DNA of 64,000 nt from Strigamia acuminata. Lineage: Eukaryota. The stretch lies in assembly GCA_949358305.1 (NCBI GenBank), contig OX442314.1:18042001-18106000 (forward strand). Reading direction: 5' to 3'. A program made the translations under genes and the position numbers. This document shows, in pieces, positions 26,395 to 39,341 of this stretch; positions within the stretch are counted from its first letter, which is position 1, and the number at the start of each line of letters is the position of its first letter. The notes under the pieces were generated by a model. It was not told the origin of the DNA and did not search any database. It worked only from the letters and a program-made list of their open reading frames with translations.

Positions 26395-27311
26395 TCACAC
26401 CTTTTTGTCGGAGATATTTTTACACATTCTTACAAATCTTAACGTATCGTTCGGCTCAGCATGATCGATGAGGTAACGGTCACAAGCTTCTTGTATGATA
26501 GTCAAAAATTTAAGCTCGTCTTCATCGCACGCATGATCCTCAGGTACCATATCCGCAAGAAGCTACAGATTAAAAACAGTTTAACCGCCTCAATCCTCAC
26601 GCTTCGTGTGTGAATTTATGTACCTGTAACTCTGGCTCGGTAAGAAGAAAAATACGACCAGTGTCTTGTTTTAAACCTTGAACCAACCTATCCAAAGGGC
26701 TTTGTGAGACATCACTTGATCCAACGGCTCCATCAGAAGAAGCCAATTTCCATTTATCCGACTGCACTGACCGGACAAAAAGTATCGAAATCGTTAATTT
26801 TCACGTGAGAGGCGTTATGTCAAAACAGAACATGGAAATACTTTGCAATTTTGGTTTCCACTTCTCCCCGTTTCTGAGTAAAAGGAAAATAGTGTTTGTC
26901 GGTAGCATTTTAAAGTAATCCTCTTCATCCACTTCAGTTCCATCTTCTTCCAATACTACAATCACCTCATCATCGCCAACTCCGAGACAAAGCTTTCCTG
27001 CATAGCATAAACGTTTCGTGTCTGAGATAAATTGGTGTAAATGAACAACATTTATGATTACCTCGTTCAATGAGCTCTCTCAAACTTCCAGCAACAATTG
27101 TATGCTTCGTTGATCGGTCAGAACTCCAAATTTTAAACGGGCGTAAACAAGGACCCTAAGAAAAAAAAAATGAAAATAATAATAATTGCAATAAAAAAGT
27201 TGCATTATTGTTTCTGTTTTTATAATCCATGCTATTTTTTCGTGAATAATTCAGTAATGAATAGTTACCGCAGCTGTCATCACTGATTTTTGCTCAAGAA
27301 ATAATTCCCAT
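26395..27311 (-). CDS. DFFA: CIDE-N domain protein, DNA fragmentation factor alpha (DFF45/ICAD, Drep1-like); alternative start at 27280
   Basis: RPFKIWSSDRSTKHTIVAGSLRELIERG..IVVLEEDGTEVDEEDYFKMLPTNTIFLLL; C-terminal LKQDTGRIFFLPEPELQLLADM..IQEACDRYL resembles the DFF-C domain. Confidence 0.78.
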
Positions 27312-27782
27312 TTCTTGGTTGCTGGCGTTACAAAGCGAAGAAATATAGTGAATAGAAAAAGCGCCAGAATCCACCTAGTGGCAAATTGCGAAACAACTAT
27401 AATTAAATTTATTTTCTGTAAACAAGATGGAAAATTACTAAATGTTTTTGAAAAGGTTTATTTTTTTAAATCTGCCTCAGTTCACGTAAAGAATTACGAA
27501 AATGTCATCATCATTTTCTTTGCAGTAATCTTTATTTACTTTAACGACTTACCAAAAGATGCATACTACAGTACATCACTGAATCAACATACATTTCTAG
27601 CGTACATAATGCCAACAAAAAAATATTCAACTTAAATTTATTATGGAATTAGATATGATTTTGCTAACAGTTAATCGATTACTTTTTTATATATATATAT
27701 AATATATACAACAAACAAAACCATAAAATTGACTCTTGACTTTAACGTCGAACATCGTTATTGCGATAGCAAAATAAGGAAG

Positions 27783-29652
<1,870 letters not shown>

Positions 29653-30328
29653 TCATTATACTATTCAGGAGGTTATCTCTGCTGTTTCCGGTTATTGGAT
29701 TTTTGCTATTTCTTTTGCATATTTTTGTAAAAAAAAGCTATATATTTCTGTACTTTTACATTCTCCGTTACATTTCAAGCATTGAAATTATATTTTACCG
29801 GTTAATTTCAGAACCAAAAGAGGATCATTTGACGGTGGGTGTTTCCCTCGATTATTTCCTCGCTTCCTCACTCCCGAGTTTAGCTCTCTGTACTCTGCAG
29901 GAAAGAAGCGAGAATTCATTTAAGCGCGCCTGCTATTAGCGGGAAGAGAAACTAAAATTGATGTCGTAAAACCTCGTCCTATTCGGTATTGATTCTTGCT
30001 GTTTAATTACGTCATCACAGTAATTTTTAGACGTGGTTTGTAGTTCCGGTACAGTTTAAGTTAACTGGAGCCCGATACTGCCGGCACCGTACAAAAATTA
30101 ACTTTTTAATTATTTTATTTTATTGAATTTATAAAAACTATTTTATATTTCTCTCATTTAAAGTAATTTAATAAAATAATCTTTTTAAAAAATTAAGTTT
30201 TAAAATTCAAACAAAATTGGCATCTAGATAGAGCGAGTCCGGTTTGAGAATGCGTCGTTTGAGCACGGTTCTTTATCTAGACTCACCAGTTCAACGTGGT
30301 ACAAGGGAATTTTAGCGGTGCCGCCATC

Positions 30329-31090
30329 ATGACTGTAGTCAACGTAAGTTTTAAAATTGCTACTTGTTATTGCATAAAATCGCATATTAAGGATGGTGTA
30401 TTGGAATATCTTTCTTTCGAATACTTCAAACATAATTTTAGTCATTGATCCTCGTTTAAAAACCCGTAAAATGTGATTTATAAATAGGCCTAACGCGTGC
30501 TTATTGTACTGGTTGTGAATTAAATGATGAGTATATTTTTTAATTTAGGCCCAACAAGCGGCTGCAAAAAAGCCATCCAAGCCTGGAAAACCCCAGCAAA
30601 AGGGTAAAGGAAAGAAGAAGAAGACTCAATTGAAATTCTCCATCGATTGCAGCCATCCAGTTGAAGATGGAATTATGAATGCGTCCGATTTCGTATGTTG
30701 CTAACGAATTTGATATTAACAGATAGACAACGATTGAGCTTATTTGTTATTTTGTATTTAGGAAAAATTTCTGCACGACAGAATAAAAGTAAACGGCAAA
30801 ACGAAGAATCTGGGCAAAGATATTACGATCGAGCGAAACAAGTCGAAAGTCAATCTTACATCGGACATCGCGTTTTCCAAAAGGTATTCAAATACTTAAG
30901 TGGCTAAAATGAATAGTGAATTTGATGTATTCGAATTGTTAGGTACTTGAAATATTTAACGAAGAAATATTTGAAGAAAAACAATCTTCGAGATTGGCTC
31001 CGCGTTGTTGCTACTACTAAGGATGCGTACGAATTACGCTATTTCCAAATTAACAACGAGGAGGAAGACGACGACGAAGACAATGATTAA
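30329..31090 (+). CDS. RPL22: 60S ribosomal protein L22 (4 coding exons), head-to-head with AP2M1
   Basis: Kozak [76 protein letters not shown]. Confidence 0.96.
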
Positions 31091-31216
31091 ACAGATAAAT
31101 TTGTTATTGTGAAATTAACAGGAAAAAAATAAACAAAACAAAAAAATTTAAGTGGCGCTTATTTTCATGATTAGTAAGATTTTAAGTGTTTTTACACTTA
31201 TCTAGTTATTGCATTT

Positions 31217-32586
31217 CGGCCGGGACCTGATGCGCGCATCTCGAATGTGCGTACACCGTTTAAATTAAAATAAATTTAATAATAATAATAATAATTAGTA
31301 AATAATTAATTCATCGTACAGACAGACAATGCAGTGTAAGAAATGTGACTGTAGATGAGTAGGTATATAGAATAGATTCACTTCTTATTACCATTTAGCA
31401 AACATGGCACTTCAGCTGCACATTCACCTCTACAGCCCTATTGATGCTTGCAGACCTGTAGACAATGTTGCACTGGTGTTCACTACACATCTGACAGGTG
31501 GAGTCATTTGGCTCTTGCTGCACGACTGGTCCTTGAGTTGCATCAGTGAGGAGCAGTGTTGTGCGCGGTACGCGCTCCTGGACCGCCGGTACGCGTTACT
31601 GTATCGGGACCGGGACCGCGTTACTTTTGCAGGTATGAGTACCGGGACCGCGGTACTTTTATAAAACCGTGTACCGCGGACCGCTTGTGCGGTACATTTC
31701 GCGGTCCACGAGAAAACGCGAGAAAACACGAGAATATTGTGTTTTCTCTCGTTCTCCCATACCAATTTAAAAATTGTTTTTAATTACATTAAATGTCTCT
31801 TTATTTGCAGGAACCAGAAACCCACAGCTTCTAAAAATGAAAAATATATATATTTTTATCGTTTATTTTATATTTTGTAATTTTAAAATTTTAAAGTAAT
31901 TACAAAATATAAAATAAACTATAAAAATATATATATTTTTCATTTTTAGAAGCTGTGGATTCCTGTAAATAAAATAAGAGCCACAAACATGTACTCCGTA
32001 ATTAAAAACAATTTTTAAATTGGTATTGGAGAAATGGAGAATGAGAGAAAACACCGATAATCTCATGTTTTCTCGAAAATCTCGCGTACCGCGAGATGTA
32101 CCGCAACATCGCGGTCCCGGTACTGTACCGGGACCGCGGTATCGGAACGCGGTACACGGTGTACCGCCTATCGGGACCGCGGTACTTTTTTGCAGCCGGG
32201 ACAGTAACGCGTACCGGGACCGCGGTCCATGTTGTGTGTACCGCGCACAACACTGGTGAGGAGCTGAATGGACTCCACCGACAATGCATGCACCTCTACC
32301 GGTAGCAACTCAATCTCTCGCAACCGTTGCTGCTCCCGGATAGCGTCCCGCGTTACCGCATACTCTTCCTCCTCAGCTGCGGATGCCGTAATGTTTCGCC
32401 TACTTTAGTTTGCCAACGTTTCTGTCTATAACATTGCAAACACGTTACGGGCTTAATAAATTTCTTAAATGCGTGCGTTTAAACGCGCGTGTATTAGAAT
32501 TATTCCTTTATTATTTTTTAACTTTTTAATTGTTTATTAATTTAATTCTGCGCGCGGATCGGAGAACGCGCACCAGGTCCCAACCG
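31217..32586 (-). mobile_element. Internally deleted DNA transposon (probably Mutator-like) retaining a degenerate RING-finger coding segment
   Basis: TIR CGGCCGGGACCTGATGCGCG versus rc CGGTTGGGACCTGGTGCGCG; 8-bp TSD TTGCATTT (31209-31216, 32587-32594); paralogous empty site near 51572. Confidence 0.8.
31554..32255. mobile_element. hAT-type MITE nested in the previous element
   Basis: TIR CAGTGTTGTGCGCGGTAC; 8-bp TSD GTGAGGAG (31546-31553, 32256-32263); subterminal GGGACCGCGG repeats; internal inverted AT-rich arms. Confidence 0.92.
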
Positions 32587-32690
32587 TTGCATTTATGTAA
32601 TTATTTTTTCACTATCATTTGGTATTTTAATTTTTGTTTCAAGTTGTATCTGAGATGAATTCTTACAGTGGTTTATATCATAAAATAAAT
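32587..32690 (-). pseudogene. Relic of the last exon of the CAT transporter gene at 51559-51689
   Basis: Translates FYDINHCKNSSQIQLETKIK versus [20 protein letters not shown]; homology continues at about 31117-31216. Confidence 0.8.
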
Positions 32691-32815
32691 TTGTTTAATA
32701 CACCTTAATGTCTGGCGATTCTAAGAGCAGTTTAGCTTGATTTGTGCAACTAATCAATGAGGGGAACCGTTACAAGAGAGTCAATCTGAAAAACATAAAA
32801 CCGCATTTGACATAT

Positions 32816-33086
32816 GGGGCCGTCCATATATTACGTAAAGCACCAGGGGTTGGGGGAGGAGAGTTGTTCAAATTTTGTGTTACGTTCCATGTAAAAAAAA
32901 ATTAATTTTTAATAACGAAAATATAAGCATTTTTTTTTATGATTTTGGACAATTTTGAGGGGGTGATTTAAGTTTTGTTACGCAATTAGGGGTGGGGGGG
33001 TTCGGGAATTTTTTACGACCATGTTACCGAGGGGGAGGGGGTCTAAAAATCTTAAATTTTGCGTTAGGTAATTTATGCACGGTCCC
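32816..33086. mobile_element. PIF/Harbinger-like (Tourist-type) MITE
   Basis: TIR GGGGCCGTCCATATATTACGTAA versus rc GGGACCGTGCATAAATTACCTAA; TAT on both flanks. Confidence 0.7.
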
Positions 33087-33293
33087 TATAATTGCTTTTT
33101 AGTTTACTGATGAAAATCAGGTGAAATGATCTTTTGCGGGTATGTTAAACAACCCCGAATGGCATTGAAATCAAATTTAAATTTCTCATAGTGAGAAATT
33201 TAAATTTTCATATTTTGTCGGCAATTCTGGTATAAATAGGGCCCGGTATGCCGATTCTCTCTCTTTCCTCGCGATCAAATCGAATTACAGTCA

Positions 33294-33727
33294 ATGATGG
33301 AGGAGGTTGAAGGAGATTTCTTATTAGGAAGAGAAATTCGGTAAGAGACTTTTCCAGTGTTATTTTATTTATTTTTAACTTTTTCTTTTTTAGTTGTAAT
33401 ACTTGCCTACAGATAATTTCTGGTGAGCTAATTTTTACGAAGTTTCAATTTGATGGAAATAATGCAAATCGCACAACATGCCCTCATTGCGTCGAATAAC
33501 CACCGTACCGTATTCACTTAGTGATAAGATTATATTCATTTCTATATTTTTTAGTCAACTTTGATAATTAATCGATTTTTTTTAAGACAACTGCAGGCAT
33601 TGTATCACAAATACTGATGGAAGGAACGATGGTGGCGCTGAATGAATTCGATATAGACATAAAAAAAAGAAAGCGACTTGACTCCGGATCCAACATCAAA
33701 AGGCAAAAAACCGAAGGCGTCATATAG
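33294..33727 (+). pseudogene. Small 3-exon zinc-ribbon-like gene with an in-frame TAA in exon 2 (or a 50-aa microprotein gene)
   Basis: TATAAATA at about 33231; exon 1 33294-33340 (GTAAGA donor); exon 2 from 33394 gives CNTC..CPHC then TAA 33497-33499; exon 3 open with KKRKR..KRQK. Confidence 0.45.
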
Positions 33728-33782
33728 TTTACGAGGAAGAGTTTCTTAATTGTTAATTGTTAATTTCTGAATTTTATTTTTT

Positions 33783-33855
33783 ACTTTTTAATGAATAAAG
33801 CCCATCATCAGTAATATTTTTGCAACGTCGTAATTGAAGACAATTTTTACCTATT
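33783..33855 (-). repeat. Short deleted copy of LRR gene segment 48978-49065
   Basis: AAAGCCCATCATCAGTAATATTTTTGCA..ACGTCGTAATTGAAGACAATTTTTACCTATT shared, with about 15 nt deleted. Confidence 0.85.
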
Positions 33856-34574
33856 CGGAATTTTTACCGTTGTATCGGCGTCCATCCAATTAACGCGTCT
33901 ACACAGTAAGATTGAGCATAATACACCGATAATACGTATTATCTCTCACTTATTTAGCATTCTATGCAGGTGATCACCGATTCAAATAGGATTTCAATAA
34001 GAAGATAGAAGATAGTAACTCTAATTCAGCAATTCCACGACTGTGTTAATTTATGACAAGTCCTTTTACAGACATTAAAATTTTGTCGAAATATTTACAA
34101 ATAATATAAAATAAAAATAATTGTTTTAAAACATATTAAGAATTTATGACGTTATCAAGTTATACATGTAATGCACAAGCACAGTATACAGTATATCAAG
34201 CAGATAAGTCAAACTCGAGCAAATTTTTGCAGCCCTCTGTGGCGCTATTTGGAATTACACGGTCCATGTGAATAATTATTTTTGCATGCGATTTATTTTC
34301 TCTGATACATGAATGTGGTTTTTTGTATGAGATAAAAGCAATTGTATTCTAACTGCTAGAAATGAAAATAAAAGCGTTTTATTTTTTTCTCTTTTAAGCA
34401 CTCGAAAATATAAATTTCAAATCCAAGTTCTTAGATTTAATATTAGTGTGAATTTCTTCATATACTGACAAGTTGATATTAAAACAACTAGCTATTACTA
34501 AATAATTAATCAAACTTTGCATTTCTAATAACTTGATGATCATGCTTACATTAATTGAGTGGCATGAATAAAAT

Positions 34575-34743
34575 TGTGGTATCTTGATATGTATCTGCGC
34601 CACTAGATGGCGCTACGCGCGGTGACACCTGGCGCCGGTGTTTACCTGCGTTAATGAATGAGAATAAAACTTCAGTTTACAATTAGTGCATCAACTCATA
34701 CAAACGTGTCCTTTATTGTGTCTATAGAATCGAGGATACGACA
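34575..34743 (+). repeat. 5' LTR of Gypsy element
   Basis: TGTGGT...CGACA, identical to 39173-39341. Confidence 0.95.
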
Positions 34744-34873
34744 TTGGCGACGAGGATTAAAGTAAATGTAATCCGCTCGCATCAAATGCTGAACTCGTCA
34801 TCCATTGATTTGAGTGGAGTGAGTGTGTTTGAAAAAGTGGGCGTGGCAGTGATAAAGCTGTTTTTCGGCGGAA

Positions 34874-37800
34874 ATGGCCACCAATCTGAATTTACCGACG
34901 GTTGGAAATTTCGACATTACAACTGGGAATTTGGACTATAGCTGGAAGAAATGGAGTAAGTCACTTCAATATTATTTGGAAGCGGCGAGAGTGGGCGAAG
35001 CACAGAAGTTGGCAACGCTGCTACACCTCGCCGGCACGGATGTACAGGACATCTATGATACGTTTACGCCGGCAAATAAACTGACATATGATCTAACACT
35101 CGCCGCGCTCGGTGTGTATTTCAATCCACGGAAAAATCTGAGATTTGAAAGGCACGTGTTTAGACAACAAACACAGGAGCCCGCCGAGGTAATGGACGCT
35201 TTTGTTACACGCTTGAAAACGAAGGTGAAAAGCTGCGAATTTGGCGTTTTAGAAGACGATTTAATCGTCGATCAAGTGTTAGAGAAAGGCCGCGACAAGG
35301 GCTTGCGGCGGCGCTTGCTGCGCGAAACTGACTTGACTTTAGACTCTTTATTAAAGCTAGCTCGCTCAGCAGAGGCAAGTGAGCAGCACGCAACGTCGAT
35401 GGAGCGAACGACGGCCGAAAACACCAAGGAGATCCTTGTAAACCAGCTCACGGGTGAGAAAAAGCCATTTTTTAAAAATCGTGGTAAAAGTGGGCGTGGC
35501 ACATTTCGCAAATTCAACGCGAAACCGCAAAATTCGGACGACAGACGTTTCGATAAATCCCAAGTGGTGAAGGAATGCTATCGTTGTGGCCACAAGGATC
35601 ATCTAGCAAATGATTGCACCGTTGCAAAGAACAAGGAGTGCGGGTTTTGTCACAAAATTGGACATTTTGCTAAAGTTTGCAGGTTGAAAAGCGCCGGAGG
35701 TCGTGCACGTGGCAAGGAGCGTGTCCAGTACGTCGGCGTGAACGAATACGACTACGACAGCGAGTATTCGTGCTGCGTGACGTCTCACGAACGGAATAAT
35801 GGCGTGACGGTGAAGATCGATCAACAAGACGTAAGAGTTTTAATTGATTCTGGTTCATCGGTGAATACAGTGGGTCAAAAGGCATGGACATTATTAAAAA
35901 AGAAGGGAATTAAATTAACACCAACGAAGACAAGACTGTTTGCGTATGGAGTGAATGAGCCACTAGTAGTTAGCGGTGAATTTAATACGCAGGTGCAAGC
36001 GGCTGGAAAATCAGTAAATGCGAGATTTTTAGTCGTTCCATCAGGAAAAATGCCGTTGTTGTCTCGAAAAACATCCAAAGAGCTGGGATTGTTGAAAATT
36101 GATGAAGAAATTGCAAATGAACTTACTAATGATGATTCTTTATTCGATGAGTCTTTAGGAAAATTGAGGAAGGACTTGGCCAATCGAATTACAAAATTTC
36201 GAGATGTTTTTAAAGGGATTGGAAAACTCAAGGAGTTTGAACTGGAATTGTATATGGACGCGAACGTGCGACCAGTTGCGCAATCGGTGCGCAGAATACC
36301 TTTCCACATCCGCAAACAGCTGGACATCGAAATAGATAATTTGTTGCAGGCCGACATCATCGAGCCAGTCACCGGCGCGACGGAGTGGGTTTCACCCGTC
36401 GTGCCCGTGAAAAAGCCGGATGGCTCAATCAGGCTGTGCCTTGACATGCGTGCCGTCAATGAGGCGGTGAAGAGGAACCGCCATCCGCTCCCCACGATGG
36501 AGGAGGTTTTGGATGAAATTGACGGTGCGGAGTTAATTTCAAAACTCGATTGTCGCCAGGGATATTTACAAATCCCTCTCAAAGCGGATTCGAGGCGGTT
36601 TACTGTTTTTGTCACTCACAGGGGACTTTTCCGCTACAAGAGACTGTTCTTTGGGATCGCCAGCGCACCCGAGGAGTATCAACGGATTCTCCAGAACATC
36701 TTGGCCGAGTGCGAGGGGACGAAGAATTCTCTTGACGACATCGTCGTGCACGGGAAAACAGTCGAAGAACACGATCAACGTCTGGAAAAAGTTCTCGAAA
36801 CACTTTCTCGAAATGGATTGACTTTGAACTTGAAAAAGTGCTGTTTTGGCGTGTCGAAAGTCACGTTTCTTGGACATGTGATTTCAAAAAGTGGCATTTC
36901 CGTCGCGGAATCAAAAGTCGAAGCGGTGCGGAATGCAGTTGCGCCAAAGAACGAGACGGAAATCCGAAGTTTCTTGGGCCTAATCAATTATTGTGCTCGG
37001 TATATTCCGAACTTCGCGACTGAAGCGGAGCCATTACGATTGATGGCCAGGAAGGACGTCACTTTTGAATGGGGGAAACGTCAGAACGACGCATTTGAAA
37101 AATTGAAAGAACTTTTATGTAGCTCGGACGTTTTGGCATTTTTCCGAAAAAATGTCGAAACCGAATTAATCGTCGACGCGTCGCCGGTCGGTCTTGGCGC
37201 CGTCCTCACTCAGCGTCAACCGGACAACCAGATGAAACCAATTGCGTTCGCCAGCCGAACGTTGTCAGACGTTGAACGACGATATTCTCAGACTGAGAAA
37301 GAAGGGCTCGCAGTCGTCTGGGGCTGTGAGCGCTTCAGAATGTATTTAATCGGCATGCCATTTCTTTTAATAACAGACCACAAGGCGCTGGAGACCATCT
37401 ACGGGACCAGATCGAAGCCGTCAGCAAGGATGGAAAGATGGGTGCTGAGATTGCAGCCATTCGAATTCACGATTCGTCACCGGCCGGGCAGCGCGAACAT
37501 AGCGGACGCGCTGTCTCGTTTGCTGCCCGCCGGAGAAGGGAAAAGTGTTCTGGGACGAACAGAAGCTTATGTGCGATTTGTGGTCGAGAGTGCGCTGCCG
37601 AGGGCAATGACTTTGCGAGAAGTCGAACAGGCGTCGAGAGCAGACGAAACTATTTGCGAAATCAATAAGTGTTTGCGCGACGGAAACAAATTTAATAACG
37701 CTCTTCAAAAATTTCAGCTGATAAGGAGCGAATTAGCGATGACAAACGGAGTTTTGCTTCGAGGACCACGAATTGTGATGCCGGAGTCACTGCGGAGGAG

Positions 37801-38980
37801 AGTGGTCGAATTGGGACACCAAGGTCACCAGGGCGTCGTAAGAACGAAGCAACGCCTGCGTGAAAAGGTCTGGTGGCCTGGCCTGGACCACGACGTCGAG
37901 CGTGCAGTGCAGCGATGCCACGCTTGTCAGCACAGCAGTGCGACGGAGAAGCCGGAACCAATTCGGAGCACGCCGCTGCCAAAAGGACCATGGCGGGAGC
38001 TGGCGATCGATATTTGCGGTCCATTCAAGGACGGCAATTCGATTGTCGTTCTCGTCGATTATTACTCGCGTTTTCCGGAGGTACTAATTTTGAAGTCGAC
38101 AGTGTCGGAAAGGATAATTGTTTGGCTGCGTCGAGTTTTCGAGCGCTGGGGAATTCCGGAGTCGTTGACTTCGGATAATGGGCCCCAATTCGTCTCGGAG
38201 CAGTTTCGGGTTTTTCTGGAGGAGCAGGGAGTCCACCATCGTAGGGTCACTCCATACTGGCCCCAGGCCAACGGAACTGTTGAGAGACTGAATAAGTCTT
38301 TTGTCAAAGCTTTTCGGGCCGCGGAAGTCGAAGGCGGCAACTGGAAAAAGGCACTCGGGACATTTTTACAATCGTACAGGAGTACGCCACACCGTACCAC
38401 AGGAGTGTCGCCGTACGAACTAATGACGAAGAGGAAAATGCGAACAAAGATTCCGCAAATGATGTTGGAAGAAAAAGGAAAATTACATCAAATTGTAAAA
38501 AGGAAAGATGCGGAGGAAAAGGAAAAATCGAAGCGGTATGCAGATCAGCGTCGCGGGAGCAGGGAAAGCGACATCCAGCGGGGCGACAGAGTGCTGGTTG
38601 CGAAGTCAAGAACACACAAGCTCGATCTTGCATACGAGCACGATTTAATGACGGTATTTCAAAAGAATGGGAATTGTTTGCTGTTGAAAACAAACGACGG
38701 CAGAATCGTCAAAAGGAACGTGACGAAAGTGAGGCGATACTTCCCATTAGATGATGACTTACCGTTACCCAATGATGACAACATTCCAGTAGAGGCGATT
38801 CCAGGTCAGCCGAGACCAGATGCCCATTTGCTGCCTGGGCCACCAGTGAGAGGCGGTAGACGGGGAGCAAGACGTGCGGCCGACCCTAATTTCCAGCCGA
38901 GGAAGTCTGATCGTAAAAGAAGGGCACCGGAATACCTGGGCGGTTACGACACGTCTACACGTCGTAGAAGAGTTGTGTAA
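34874..38980 (+). CDS. Gag-Pol polyprotein (two CCHC knuckles, protease, RT, RNase H, integrase); no env
   Basis: CYRCGHKDHLANDC, CGFCHKIGHFAKVC; LIDSGS; IRLCLDMRAVN..FGIASAP..SLDD; VDASPVGLGAVL; HQGH..CHAC; SDNGPQF..ANGTVER. Confidence 0.97.
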   Translation: MATNLNLPTVGNFDITTGNLDYSWKKWSKSLQYYLEAARVGEAQKLATLLHLAGTDVQDIYDTFTPANKLTYDLTLAALGVYFNPRKNLRFERHVFRQQTQEPAEVMDAFVTRLKTKVKSCEFGVLEDDLIVDQVLEKGRDKGLRRRLLRETDLTLDSLLKLARSAEASEQHATSMERTTAENTKEILVNQLTGEKKPFFKNRGKSGRGTFRKFNAKPQNSDDRRFDKSQVVKECYRCGHKDHLANDCTVAKNKECGFCHKIGHFAKVCRLKSAGGRARGKERVQYVGVNEYDYDSEYSCCVTSHERNNGVTVKIDQQDVRVLIDSGSSVNTVGQKAWTLLKKKGIKLTPTKTRLFAYGVNEPLVVSGEFNTQVQAAGKSVNARFLVVPSGKMPLLSRKTSKELGLLKIDEEIANELTNDDSLFDESLGKLRKDLANRITKFRDVFKGIGKLKEFELELYMDANVRPVAQSVRRIPFHIRKQLDIEIDNLLQADIIEPVTGATEWVSPVVPVKKPDGSIRLCLDMRAVNEAVKRNRHPLPTMEEVLDEIDGAELISKLDCRQGYLQIPLKADSRRFTVFVTHRGLFRYKRLFFGIASAPEEYQRILQNILAECEGTKNSLDDIVVHGKTVEEHDQRLEKVLETLSRNGLTLNLKKCCFGVSKVTFLGHVISKSGISVAESKVEAVRNAVAPKNETEIRSFLGLINYCARYIPNFATEAEPLRLMARKDVTFEWGKRQNDAFEKLKELLCSSDVLAFFRKNVETELIVDASPVGLGAVLTQRQPDNQMKPIAFASRTLSDVERRYSQTEKEGLAVVWGCERFRMYLIGMPFLLITDHKALETIYGTRSKPSARMERWVLRLQPFEFTIRHRPGSANIADALSRLLPAGEGKSVLGRTEAYVRFVVESALPRAMTLREVEQASRADETICEINKCLRDGNKFNNALQKFQLIRSELAMTNGVLLRGPRIVMPESLRRRVVELGHQGHQGVVRTKQRLREKVWWPGLDHDVERAVQRCHACQHSSATEKPEPIRSTPLPKGPWRELAIDICGPFKDGNSIVVLVDYYSRFPEVLILKSTVSERIIVWLRRVFERWGIPESLTSDNGPQFVSEQFRVFLEEQGVHHRRVTPYWPQANGTVERLNKSFVKAFRAAEVEGGNWKKALGTFLQSYRSTPHRTTGVSPYELMTKRKMRTKIPQMMLEEKGKLHQIVKRKDAEEKEKSKRYADQRRGSRESDIQRGDRVLVAKSRTHKLDLAYEHDLMTVFQKNGNCLLLKTNDGRIVKRNVTKVRRYFPLDDDLPLPNDDNIPVEAIPGQPRPDAHLLPGPPVRGGRRGARRAADPNFQPRKSDRKRRAPEYLGGYDTSTRRRRVV

Positions 38981-39172
38981 TGTTGTCAGAATAAGTACTA
39001 ATGTTTAACTAAAATAGTTTATTGTTAAAAATTGAAATGTTCAGGCCTGGACGAAAAACGTGTTGTAAATAATTTGAAATTGTTATTGTGAATAGTTCGA
39101 ATTGTTGAATAATTTTAATTAATTTATTTTAAATACTGTTACATGTTATTGTTTAAAAAAAAAAAAGAGTGA

Positions 39173-39341
39173 TGTGGTATCTTGATATGTATCTGCGCCA
39201 CTAGATGGCGCTACGCGCGGTGACACCTGGCGCCGGTGTTTACCTGCGTTAATGAATGAGAATAAAACTTCAGTTTACAATTAGTGCATCAACTCATACA
39301 AACGTGTCCTTTATTGTGTCTATAGAATCGAGGATACGACA
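39173..39341 (+). repeat. 3' LTR of Gypsy element
   Basis: Identical to 34575-34743. Confidence 0.95.

Larger units (their letters stand above)
34575..39341 (+). mobile_element. Full-length Ty3/Gypsy LTR retrotransposon (Mag-like organisation)
   Basis: Identical 169-bp LTRs; 5-bp TSD AAAAT (34570-34574, 39342-39346); PBS TGGCGACGAGGAT (complement of the tRNA-Ser GCU 3' end); A-rich PPT before 39173. Confidence 0.97.

Noticed and set aside
34575..39341. This Gypsy as the helper for the Gag-protease-only element
   Set aside because: LTRs share no visible similarity and the PBS sequences match different tRNA-Ser isoacceptors
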